A DNA stretch of 64,000 nt from an uncultured virus (IMG/VR IMGVR_UViG_3300024518_002726) (Duplodnaviria > Heunggongvirae > Uroviricota > Caudoviricetes > Crassvirales). The stretch lies in IMG/VR virus record IMGVR_UViG_3300024518_002726. The stretch is one strand, 5' to 3'. How positions within the stretch are numbered: the first letter of the stretch is position 1; each line of letters begins with the position of its first letter. Shown here piece by piece: positions 59,301-64,000 of this stretch. The translations under genes and the position numbers were made by a program. The notes under the pieces are model-generated. The model saw only the letters and a list, made by a program, of their open reading frames with translations. It did not search any database and was not told the origin of the DNA.

Positions 59301-61245
59301 AAGCTACAGTATCTTCTATTTCAGCTTTAAACTTTTCCCAATTCTCACGTTGAGCTTCGCCTTCTTCATATGGATTTACAGAATTATCAGGATCATAATC
59401 AAAATTATAACCTCTCTTTGCCCACTTATTTTGTACAGTACTTACAATCTCATCTAAAGATTTCGTCTGTTTCTTTTTAGCAACTTCTGCTTCTTTTACA
59501 CTATCTTCCAGTATCTTCTTACCTATACGAAGAGCACCTATCCGTTCTATTCCTTTCAACCCACGTCTAGACTGAACATTTGCTATATAGTCACTCTCCA
59601 TAGCAGCAAGATCTCTGAGAAATCCTGCTGCTCTTGTTCTAATACCTTGTGCTCCTTCAGCATCTACCCCAAACTCTTCAGCTAATTCTTCGTCCGTCTT
59701 CTGAGTATATAACTTAAAATTATCCTCAAGACTCTGAGTGGTACCAGCATGAAAGTTTCTAGTAACAAGATCAGCAAAGTCCATCCTTTCTGCTATACTA
59801 GCATCAGCAGAATCTCCTCTGTCATCAAGTTCACTTATTGCCTCTTTAAAGTATGTCTTACTACGAAGAGCGTGTTGTATAAGCTCGCTATTATCCTCTA
59901 TTATACTTTGCTGGTCAAAATAGAGATCTTGTAACCTTTTTCTCTGATCTTTACCTCTGTTAGAATACCAATCAAGTACTCCTCTCTGAGCAACACCTCC
60001 AATAAAGCCAAGAATACCTTCATAAAGAACATCTCCATCACTCTTAGCCTGCCATGCTGCTTTAAGAATTTCATCAGAAGTCTGATTTGAGACATCACCA
60101 TATGCCCTTTCCCCCATCGCCTGATAAATCTCCTCACCAGCTTCACCTAGTCCCTGTAGAGCAAGATTATCAGAGGAAAATTTGAGAAGGTTCTTAAAAT
60201 GTGTTCCCCTTATGGTAGGTGCCGCTCTCAAACTTCTGGTATAACCAATCCCCTTCATGATCCCATTAACCTCAAAGAGATTCTGAAGGATCATAGCTCG
60301 GTTATATCGCTTGAACCTACTTCCTGCCTGTCTTGCCAGAGTCTCTACATCTTCTGGATTTTCAAGTTCTCCGTTTGCATATTTAAATAGACCATCTTCT
60401 CTAGCCTGCTTATATACTTCATAAGCCATGAGAGAACCTTCCATCTCATTCAGGAAAAGAGCAGTTGCTACATTGGTTGCAGCTTCTGTCTTAAAGAATG
60501 TAGAAAGAAGTCCAAGTGCCTGTCCTCTTTTAGTTGTAGCCTGAGCAGCTTTGGTTAAACTACCAAGAAACCTTGCACCTAATGTTGTTTCAGCTAGAAT
60601 ACCACTTGTGGCACCAATAGCAGCACTTGTACCAGCAGCTACTAGTGCGAAGGCTCCAACTGACTCTATCAGAGAACCAAGACCCATCCACACACCTTCA
60701 CTAGAAGAAAGACCCCTAGAAGGAGACATGTGTATGGGAAGAGCCTCTTCTGCAATATATTTTCTAGCTTGAGCAAGAGAGTTTGCTATTCTATCATTGA
60801 AACCAAAGAGATCTACAGGACTTCCTCTAGATATAAGTTCTCCTCCCATTAGAACTAATCTAGGTACACCTCCCACTAAGGCATTCATCATAGAGTTGGC
60901 CCAACCTTGTTGGTTAGCCATCTCATCACCAAAGTTGTCAGTTACATTACTCAGGAAGGGATCATCAAGATCATCCATCCTGATTCTATTACGAGAAAAC
61001 TTCTCTTTTGGAGTTGCATTACGAAGAGAAGGAAGTCCCGTAACCCCATAGTCTCTTGAAAGGGAACCTTGAGTAAGACCCTCCTCTATCAGTTCTTTGA
61101 GACTTTTAGATTGTTTACCTAAAGGACGCCTTCCGTTCTTATCGACTTGTCGTTCTCTCGGATCTTCTAAATCTTTACTGAACCTAGATATGTCTCTATA
61201 AGATGTGGGCCTATCGAGCATTTTCGCTGTAGTGTATATCGTCAA
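47335..61245 (-). CDS. Virion-packaged multidomain DNA-dependent RNA polymerase (crAss-like, two-barrel)
   Basis: 4636 aa; TTDAQAYI, PLKGVY, YLKYSQ and ESGIKVG (beta-like); YRVPGQ and catalytic GSDFDIDK (DFDIDK at 50104-50121); zincin AYHEAFH near 55.5 kb. Confidence 0.9.
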   Translation of the reverse strand: MTIYTTAKMLDRPTSYRDISRFSKDLEDPRERQVDKNGRRPLGKQSKSLKELIEEGLTQGSLSRDYGVTGLPSLRNATPKEKFSRNRIRMDDLDDPFLSNVTDNFGDEMANQQGWANSMMNALVGGVPRLVLMGGELISRGSPVDLFGFNDRIANSLAQARKYIAEEALPIHMSPSRGLSSSEGVWMGLGSLIESVGAFALVAAGTSAAIGATSGILAETTLGARFLGSLTKAAQATTKRGQALGLLSTFFKTEAATNVATALFLNEMEGSLMAYEVYKQAREDGLFKYANGELENPEDVETLARQAGSRFKRYNRAMILQNLFEVNGIMKGIGYTRSLRAAPTIRGTHFKNLLKFSSDNLALQGLGEAGEEIYQAMGERAYGDVSNQTSDEILKAAWQAKSDGDVLYEGILGFIGGVAQRGVLDWYSNRGKDQRKRLQDLYFDQQSIIEDNSELIQHALRSKTYFKEAISELDDRGDSADASIAERMDFADLVTRNFHAGTTQSLEDNFKLYTQKTDEELAEEFGVDAEGAQGIRTRAAGFLRDLAAMESDYIANVQSRRGLKGIERIGALRIGKKILEDSVKEAEVAKKKQTKSLDEIVSTVQNKWAKRGYNFDYDPDNSVNPYEEGEAQRENWEKFKAEIEDTVAYSSWKKADALVSGIEIFLDNTNEQLAYLESTEGQNALREKDKEVKREKQEEKEKESRKDKKETVVERAKFWKRRSKKKVEEEKISKEAEQASEEAFEEAKEEEKRTKDEAESAEGAEISGDEDVDLSDKAKKIYEEATGEKVDKEDAPKTEGEIEEEEEEDEEDFDLNVSDGLPFDDNKAGEQHLRDLEKTIKDTEAVAKQEEERRKAGTVTTEDRPAGDDEAEDSDSRVTQDEFFDTTDGQEADPDGADVEGAYIFNDFNTDRVSAFSVMEHTEAMAGYHRLIPGDANYGFAAHLEAQTSAVFNGSPVRLYIPTEEEIVGTPENPKGHRLTDEQFQLYMNRAPIGAHTKLVGGIETIVSYYFVNEEGNEVAVDPIDFPMKFHGLEEGTTNPMKDKNGNIVSTFIRDSSLTQNLKDKDYPALRIEHKEVGTASLKAAAYERLAKNENVYVRAYETRGKLIPNVEKESTLDELLTVVNQDHYLLGIVLPNGRLVDATGHYIAIPKPINQVYRDENGDPILMDSNDPDSVIRSSGSVYAVLRDTIGKLFPVKLKQRHLNRQEAELIYDLLIHGLTFQFDKIIGDTTQNPNQKPIVNEKGDIIVEGITPLAALDLLTYPFLSREAPHNIARNLKINFKKGQLGRTTVTIGDQNYRISSLRPVKQDVIEHLMTHKVRAVKKKFLDNEGDDNIVEMLNSEATQSNDTFTFLGEEINEDTKYRDLITKGDDPVLTTDLQLEGDERGGPPIQGLFYHPQVYLEGGSSIITDDNIEDHLGTYIEPVVSVTYTDLDLSDTSDQDSQSRSAWDGILKKRRDTATVGFTGDRIELTVIRRNERGEDEEVVRELVFTGNDKDGSPVFRDALADNRLYSYSDEYLFSNLVSYSKADMDTENVLTGISREDAENYFDEGGNAEPRNLGKLVSERSKNPQEIAQAYVAVRQLLDDEFSNHPLKSSFAAYGLVTWDSFQRAYDKLSSSGLLKYLGPKFAPGLGVAGSGRFAIPIDVWVENYNRDNPGRDLTVDELADQIVEMSDERAEPVLDSLRQAYRLLTGRTLTDIEAEWVISADDPFSLEGRVTEAEVREEVVKKAVSPPRESFNLDYSIVGIDETEFFKSKPIIEPSPQVSTLLATRDEAGNLWVIPNPIATWNEYIRFLWEDLTEETKDARATAEPVLMEEAVQEEGKEDDSWIDDVADEPTDELFLVRGTTQVERDQEGRIDIQREVAWLKKRLPYISVDVIEDLVNLHGTEAYGLFKSGVITLSKMGIPGTAYHEAFHAVFNSYLDDRQRAEIIDEAREKFPALDSLSDREVEEFLSQELRFATIDQEVDNSFGAKVKRFFERIIRFIQALRHNRVSIEDLFRNIELGVYAYKPKPVYRSTYYHDYSYLKIDNFSDPELLELRNSLAYVAVKYSGLDYSIAEDRKKAKGRLPELEHITHANFDSAKKYLTSVIVKQRQKGNREVAEKLEQILKDPAVWRAVQEDLKLFFERLGVESNDLELSLIEDAEEEERRKQGKDFDTRKPYEYSQKERARSSIKLALAMLPEMETVPATALSKGLPSLKVKNGRYFGMPKFIPFASVWGRLESLLEGGVPINRELGEIESMEAKLERIKTFDPNLEYLIIVINQMKKKPRLLKQLALAFQLNDSEFRSFLWNPIFDQRGKKSGLEGADFSSRRQAGARAIIAEWASNMESMGVKTNPHLIRSFIEDVNKIYKSLTDYEAINRITQLDALPPDAFVDEQMDLLKEAFNSIGINIEFQAINFAISVGRGINNSKFDNFQAFLDDLIQRSISPRRARGTTTFERLVNLVEAEEAGDVDLSKREHSPLWSVAFTELADAKIFVDGQGNDTTVTVAGKNVRWIYGPQRWLQRRWAQISQNPSEHLRDYESSFFTRIGSTFYNNLLRVKRSGRAGRSVKTLRLVLGLDVRNTRSIRGDKGKTFEELSKTDKTVTILNLMLKGVVGSEGYNNMTHFPLLNMSDRLDQFFGHGYVPVRTVESLEYNENAQIDPLRVKFHSNIQKIVRKFMISELMRTRVVYDEINSLHPDELISTFHGNVAMEEGEGIKQYRARLLTEANGLKMLMFPELSPEILINSDPDLFEVLYENHFGRSLVRIGEVESDEEGKFLARKSSLTSEEEKLLNPYANNWLRWRLKTDFDNLVDMELMMETENEGFYEVRNKFIHKPFVDWYRKFRGEGSRISEMLAVVDALSNSLVANVEQMYLNHGDWAFYKDVADIGKRAGAIMVSGIHPIVYKEDISPTFKVIVLRDIIAQSEFLGTSKFKGRIKQILREQWGYDDEAIIEKRAEEIVAPYREVNTTDAQAYITLDRFKEIMVGIGRWRPEYDAPFEDLKAGKPIDPKAHGLFLQPLKGVYWNLEKRGEHLVPVYLKYSQAVLLPSLVKGNTVMENLLARMNEEGIGEAIYESGIKVGASGLRTLQGFISGDQSLAPIVLQNEYWKLQSETPYKGMKNRKIGTQQRKNVFAAIADYFLFEVSGKDMSASDWKKEMNHLYSALSDIEMETLRDKWGIIDRGSHFEVSRHGAFVSTLKRRAAREGLPNSVIEMFDLDESGEIKVPFSTHAMKRSIQHIVLGVIRRYSVESNSFGGSMIQISGAGIAGFRGFSKLSQEDKATLYSMYPDLLPPQLVGKDFEDAPALAMQPDNIKKIKSGRKDVTTRTKFLQQGYYKLPDGTVVHISGRKVEDFTKLSSERQEDWAKREGFDSLEDAKENAKFKHTRDFIEGKRSLYVYKIRRVSETGQIDKSSTLDNITAFSGAASGSDTLWFDLGQEYGIKMGNIIGEVHEASMRRQGRKNLIVLTDEQLEEADEHVAKAYESLPNRDYPMVIRSGPNKGEPNRYTNDLLRRNWFQIKNAKAVYAIANDFDGTTAVQGGTGWGVQMAIDNGKAVFVFVDTQNSWFTWNYEEGKFNRMDSTPTLVNNAALIGTRGRGPRGQLKINEKQANAIRTVYEETLKKKLPSIAVGSQIYKPGDILLPSWFADKLPENIYNEDGTYNQEEVRRFFNENPELSRVITYRVPGQARFSIDSARVVGFLPPEMGDSIIMYDEVTVKTGSDFDIDKMYLMLPEFYINSKGEIRYHKMDNAPSLKEDGKTPTAAALGRYRRYVLGHMKSKGTNQDRARLRRAKDKFEQDRVIADFAKRRGLSSIKQFIRWSPERQNGKGAITNRIIEMYHGLLSHPAVYLHSVTPIESIKLGELADEIEAITGREKSNMPDFFTITNQLNQTDIFGDSKGLISQTAVHIVNHALLQDTGVNIKGGFTFSNIFDTDKEYIIVDVLSGILNGALDAVKNPYLHYLGMNEFTAQVALTMIRAGIPYRKVFKFLKQPIIEELSQQLAMGQSEFYARKSPSARIVVENLEKGTVKKIQDARNEELISIFPELSETDDLGVPAGFLDSEREALYNKEKDTIRRPRLRIPKPVKEALEKGEVFKTKLEHMNEDMLDYYLNPDNQSGSDFHFFQRMFIREFSNWSATSRTLGMLIRATRVDTLGPGSSIASLVATRNRINEVLSSENTNIEGAESIFRNPDNMITTYYRNSVLFSLKLLKQYFLELSPFYESALSDIRKTQGDFIGINEEAIQEIHNSVYSYQLMEFLDYSGITDSQIEDMFIGPNNMVEQLKVVKQRWAKKNKLNRNLRIRKHFLNQEADQKKLKGDERQEYIDKRVESTRVELQKEMDSGAWDEAAKTQLTRNEFLDFLDVHTPAEGYQFIRAKQNKRDGDKLQLLIAGFEELLEEDEQFAKDIGYYSIVASGGRRGTFTFHDVTLNSQLFRDHIQIDNYFKEKMKGVDTYPSYHSDVLAQVYAHNYNNKNFVRQLSEIELLEEKDVEIVDEKTITIGIVGAQNLRLISGVFEASKEDDQLVYKPFLYDVSNERLYQISTMSPNGTATYKEVRKLGYYQDADRKTEYHTESGEYYRIKVPTRAVQDDELRKKVSFAQNPELEEDVIGADDGGNLTDVTNLTSEEIEESARRTKEKCEPGQTNLFE

Positions 61246-63679
61246 ATATAACTTTTGCGTCTCCCGGATGAGTAACAGTTAATGGCCTATCCCAAATACG
61301 CCGAAGTCTTGTAATTATAGAATCAACCTCTTCTTTTCTATAATTTCTGAAACTACTCAAGTCTCCAGTTTTCCGATATTCCAAGTAGTCAACTATATCC
61401 TCTTGTGTTACTCTTACTTGTTTTGGTTTTACTCCCCTCTTCTTCTTTCTATTTTCTAGTTCATTATTTATAAGAATAGTTTTTCCAACATAGGCACTAA
61501 AGTCTCTAGCTTTTTGAGTAGGTCCCAGTTTATCTATAATATCGAAAGCTTTATCAGGAGTAACCACATATCGAGTATTCTGGTTCTCTCTTATCATTAC
61601 AAGTCCATCCTGTGCAGTACTATAGGATATATAGTCTCCCCTACGTTTCATGGGAGTTGCTTCACCATCTTGTTCATATATCGTATTTACTTGAATATCA
61701 TCTTGTTCAACTCTACCAATTATATCTACCAGAGCTTGTGCATCATCATCTTTCTCTAGTTTTATAGCGTGCAACATTTTTAAAGTAGTAGCCTTGGGAA
61801 GTTCTATGAGCATATGCTGCTCTGGCTTACTTCTATCTGGATTTCCTTTACTATCTAATACATCCCATTCAATATTAAACTTGGTTGGCCCGCTAAAGGT
61901 ATTCGATTCCTCTATGCTTCTTATCCGAGCACGCGGCATAATCAGTTCCATCTGCTCTCTCAACTTACTAGCATCTCCTTCCTTCCACTTGAACCTATCT
62001 CCATTAGGAAGAAGGAGATCTTCATCAATAAGATGAGCATATATTTTGGGAACACTTCCTTCGATGTTATTAAGTTGATAGTTTGCTTCAGTGGCCTCTG
62101 ACGAACTCTCAATTATCAATAGAGGAGGAGTTTCAACTAATCTTTCATGGGAGAATTTATTTAAGTCTTCAGCAAGTAATTCAATATCATCTTTTATATC
62201 ATCAGGAGCATCTGGTACAGTATCCTCATCTACCGTACCAAGTTTCTTACTCAGTGCTGAAAACTGTATAGCTCCGGGAGTAGCTCCAAATTGTTCAAGT
62301 TGACCTCTTTGAGATGCTGTGTGCATTAACACACTATCCTCAGCCCACCCCCTTATCTCATCTTCAGTATAAATCTTACTCCACTTGTCCCTCATAGTTA
62401 TCCATTCAGGACTTTCTTCATCAAAGTAATCATCTATAAGAACTCTTGCTCTAAAATCAATAGTAGCTTCTCTAGCAGCAGTTACATCAGGATCTACATC
62501 GTTTGTCTTATCTTCTCTAAGATTTCTAGCCTTCCTCTTTTGAAGACCAGAAATTGTATCTTCACTTACAAGAACATTTTCACTTCTTCCTTGGGTGGGG
62601 ATGAAAGGTGGTTCTCCTCTCACGCCCGTAGTATCTCTACTACCTCCCATTCCAACTCCTAAACCTTTCTTAGACGCCCAGTTTCCAAGCTGATCTGACA
62701 GATAAGAAACATCCACATTCGTTCTTGCATTTGTAAGAATTGCCTGTTGTATTACGGGATCTGTGATCTCTCTCCTAGCAAACTCAGCAATACTTATAGA
62801 GTCAATCTCAGCCATCTCTTTCTTTCTTTCTTCTTCAGAAAGATTGCTGTCAAGAATTATCTGATTTGCATCTTCTTTGAACTGATTCAAACGAGTAGCA
62901 AGCTCAGGATCATTAAACTGAGAAAGCCTGACCATATCATTGATTCTAGATCTGGTCTCTGGATTATTCTCAAGTTCTAATCTGACAACTTCCTCTACAA
63001 GATGAGGAAGAACTTCATTTACACCTACTCTAGTAAAGTAACCGGGAACTTCAGAAGGAAGAAGATTAAGCTTCCTTATAAGACTATTTACAGCATCGTC
63101 ACCAAATACTTGCGAGAGTCCTTCTTGTGTAAAGTTCTCCTTTATAAATGCATACTTCTCAGGTTCTATTCTTGCAGCAGCTTGTTGAGCAGGAGTATTC
63201 AGATTTGAATATTTGCTAAAGGGAGTTACATCGCTAGGGAGGGGATGTACACCAGATACCTCTTCTGGAAACTGATCCTTATAATACTGTTGAATCTCAT
63301 AGAGAGGTTCTCCCGTGTAACCCATGTCCTTCAATTCATCAGTTATATTCTTGAAATATTCGCTACGCCTATTGTAAGGCTGTATGTCTCTCCCCATCTG
63401 TCTAGCGAGAGCCTTTACATTAGAGAGTTGACCATAAAGAGGACCTTCCGCCATAGTATCTATTTCTGATAGATACATCTCTGACATCTTCTCTACAGCA
63501 GGACGGTCAATATCAAGATGATCAATAGCAGACGCTACTGTACGTGCTCCAGTGAGAATCTCTTCTGCCTTCTCTATCCTAGATTGAGCTAAAGCAGTAG
63601 AGCGAGTAATAGCTTCAATAGGAAGTCTTGGTTCAGGTATGGGAGCAAGACCCCTTGCTGGTCCTAAACTAATTGGCAT
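61211..63679 (-). CDS. Putative ejection/cargo protein
   Basis: 822 aa, helical; immediately upstream of the virion RNAP as in crAss-like genomes. Confidence 0.65.
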   Translation of the reverse strand: MPISLGPARGLAPIPEPRLPIEAITRSTALAQSRIEKAEEILTGARTVASAIDHLDIDRPAVEKMSEMYLSEIDTMAEGPLYGQLSNVKALARQMGRDIQPYNRRSEYFKNITDELKDMGYTGEPLYEIQQYYKDQFPEEVSGVHPLPSDVTPFSKYSNLNTPAQQAAARIEPEKYAFIKENFTQEGLSQVFGDDAVNSLIRKLNLLPSEVPGYFTRVGVNEVLPHLVEEVVRLELENNPETRSRINDMVRLSQFNDPELATRLNQFKEDANQIILDSNLSEEERKKEMAEIDSISIAEFARREITDPVIQQAILTNARTNVDVSYLSDQLGNWASKKGLGVGMGGSRDTTGVRGEPPFIPTQGRSENVLVSEDTISGLQKRKARNLREDKTNDVDPDVTAAREATIDFRARVLIDDYFDEESPEWITMRDKWSKIYTEDEIRGWAEDSVLMHTASQRGQLEQFGATPGAIQFSALSKKLGTVDEDTVPDAPDDIKDDIELLAEDLNKFSHERLVETPPLLIIESSSEATEANYQLNNIEGSVPKIYAHLIDEDLLLPNGDRFKWKEGDASKLREQMELIMPRARIRSIEESNTFSGPTKFNIEWDVLDSKGNPDRSKPEQHMLIELPKATTLKMLHAIKLEKDDDAQALVDIIGRVEQDDIQVNTIYEQDGEATPMKRRGDYISYSTAQDGLVMIRENQNTRYVVTPDKAFDIIDKLGPTQKARDFSAYVGKTILINNELENRKKKRGVKPKQVRVTQEDIVDYLEYRKTGDLSSFRNYRKEEVDSIITRLRRIWDRPLTVTHPGDAKVIFDDIHYSENAR

Positions 63680-63684
63680 ACACT

Positions 63685-64000
63685 TTATCCTTCATATTGA
63701 ATATGAAAATGATTGCTTTCTTGAACAACTCGCCAACCTTTACCTAACTTACTTTTCATCGCAGCAGCAAGTTTCCCTCTGTCTGTTCTAGATAGACCCT
63801 TATAACTTATATCAAAAGCTTCTCCAGTCAGATGTCTAGAGTTATCAACTCCACCCTCCCGTTCATTTTCTTCTTTACTTCTCTTCGTACTAGTTATTGT
63901 GGGTTTTACGCCGAGTGTATCACTAAACACTTTCCCTACAACACCAATAGCTCTTTGAGTTTCACCACTAGAAGTTGATGGGCTAACACCAGCCTTAAAG
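63685..64000 (-). CDS. C-terminal M15-like Zn peptidase domain of a protein truncated by the window edge
   Basis: ITSTKRS..EN...GG..NSRHLTGEAFDI...ESNHFHIQ; the frame is open to the window end. Confidence 0.75.
   Translation of the reverse strand, partial: FKAGVSPSTSSGETQRAIGVVGKVFSDTLGVKPTITSTKRSKEENEREGGVDNSRHLTGEAFDISYKGLSRTDRGKLAAAMKSKLGKGWRVVQESNHFHIQYEG

Noticed and set aside
36693..63469. Many short plus-strand ORFs opposite the structural genes
   Set aside because: They are shadow ORFs antisense to long, motif-bearing genes.
1..64000. Genome-wide TAG or TGA reassignment
   Set aside because: Very long ORFs are intact in code 11, several TAG stops are followed by terminators or second stops, and no suppressor tRNA was seen.

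Overview
This is a 64 kb segment of a lytic dsDNA phage, most likely Crassvirales (crAss-like) or a close relative. It has two convergent halves meeting at a bidirectional terminator near 35.39 kb. The plus strand (1-35.4 kb) starts with an accessory region of about 35 small ORFs (MazG-like, macro domain, J-domain with HSD instead of HPD) interspersed with about 3 kb of densely structured non-coding sequence. That non-coding sequence includes a ~930 nt GOLLD-like RNA candidate behind an rrn-type boxA, two tRNA-like minihelix elements, a tRNA(CAU) and several pseudoknotted orphan RNA candidates. Next comes a crAss-type replication module (PolB, SF2 helicase, DnaB-like helicase, AAA ATPase, primase, RusA-like resolvase, PD-(D/E)XK nuclease, UDG), an M15 peptidase, rIIA/rIIB and a tail-like operon. 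The minus strand (35.4-64 kb) encodes tail or fibre proteins, a 6xPKD plus nucleoside-hydrolase-fold protein, and three large ejection-type proteins. One is a 4636-aa virion RNA polymerase (DFDID motif) with zincin, ASCH-like and SLOG-like domains. Promoter shape (TTGnnn-N17-TAnnTT) and scarce Shine-Dalgarno sites suggest a host in Bacteroidota sensu lato, and CCWGG appears strongly avoided. No capsid, portal or terminase gene was recognised. All calls come from manual reading; no database searches were run.
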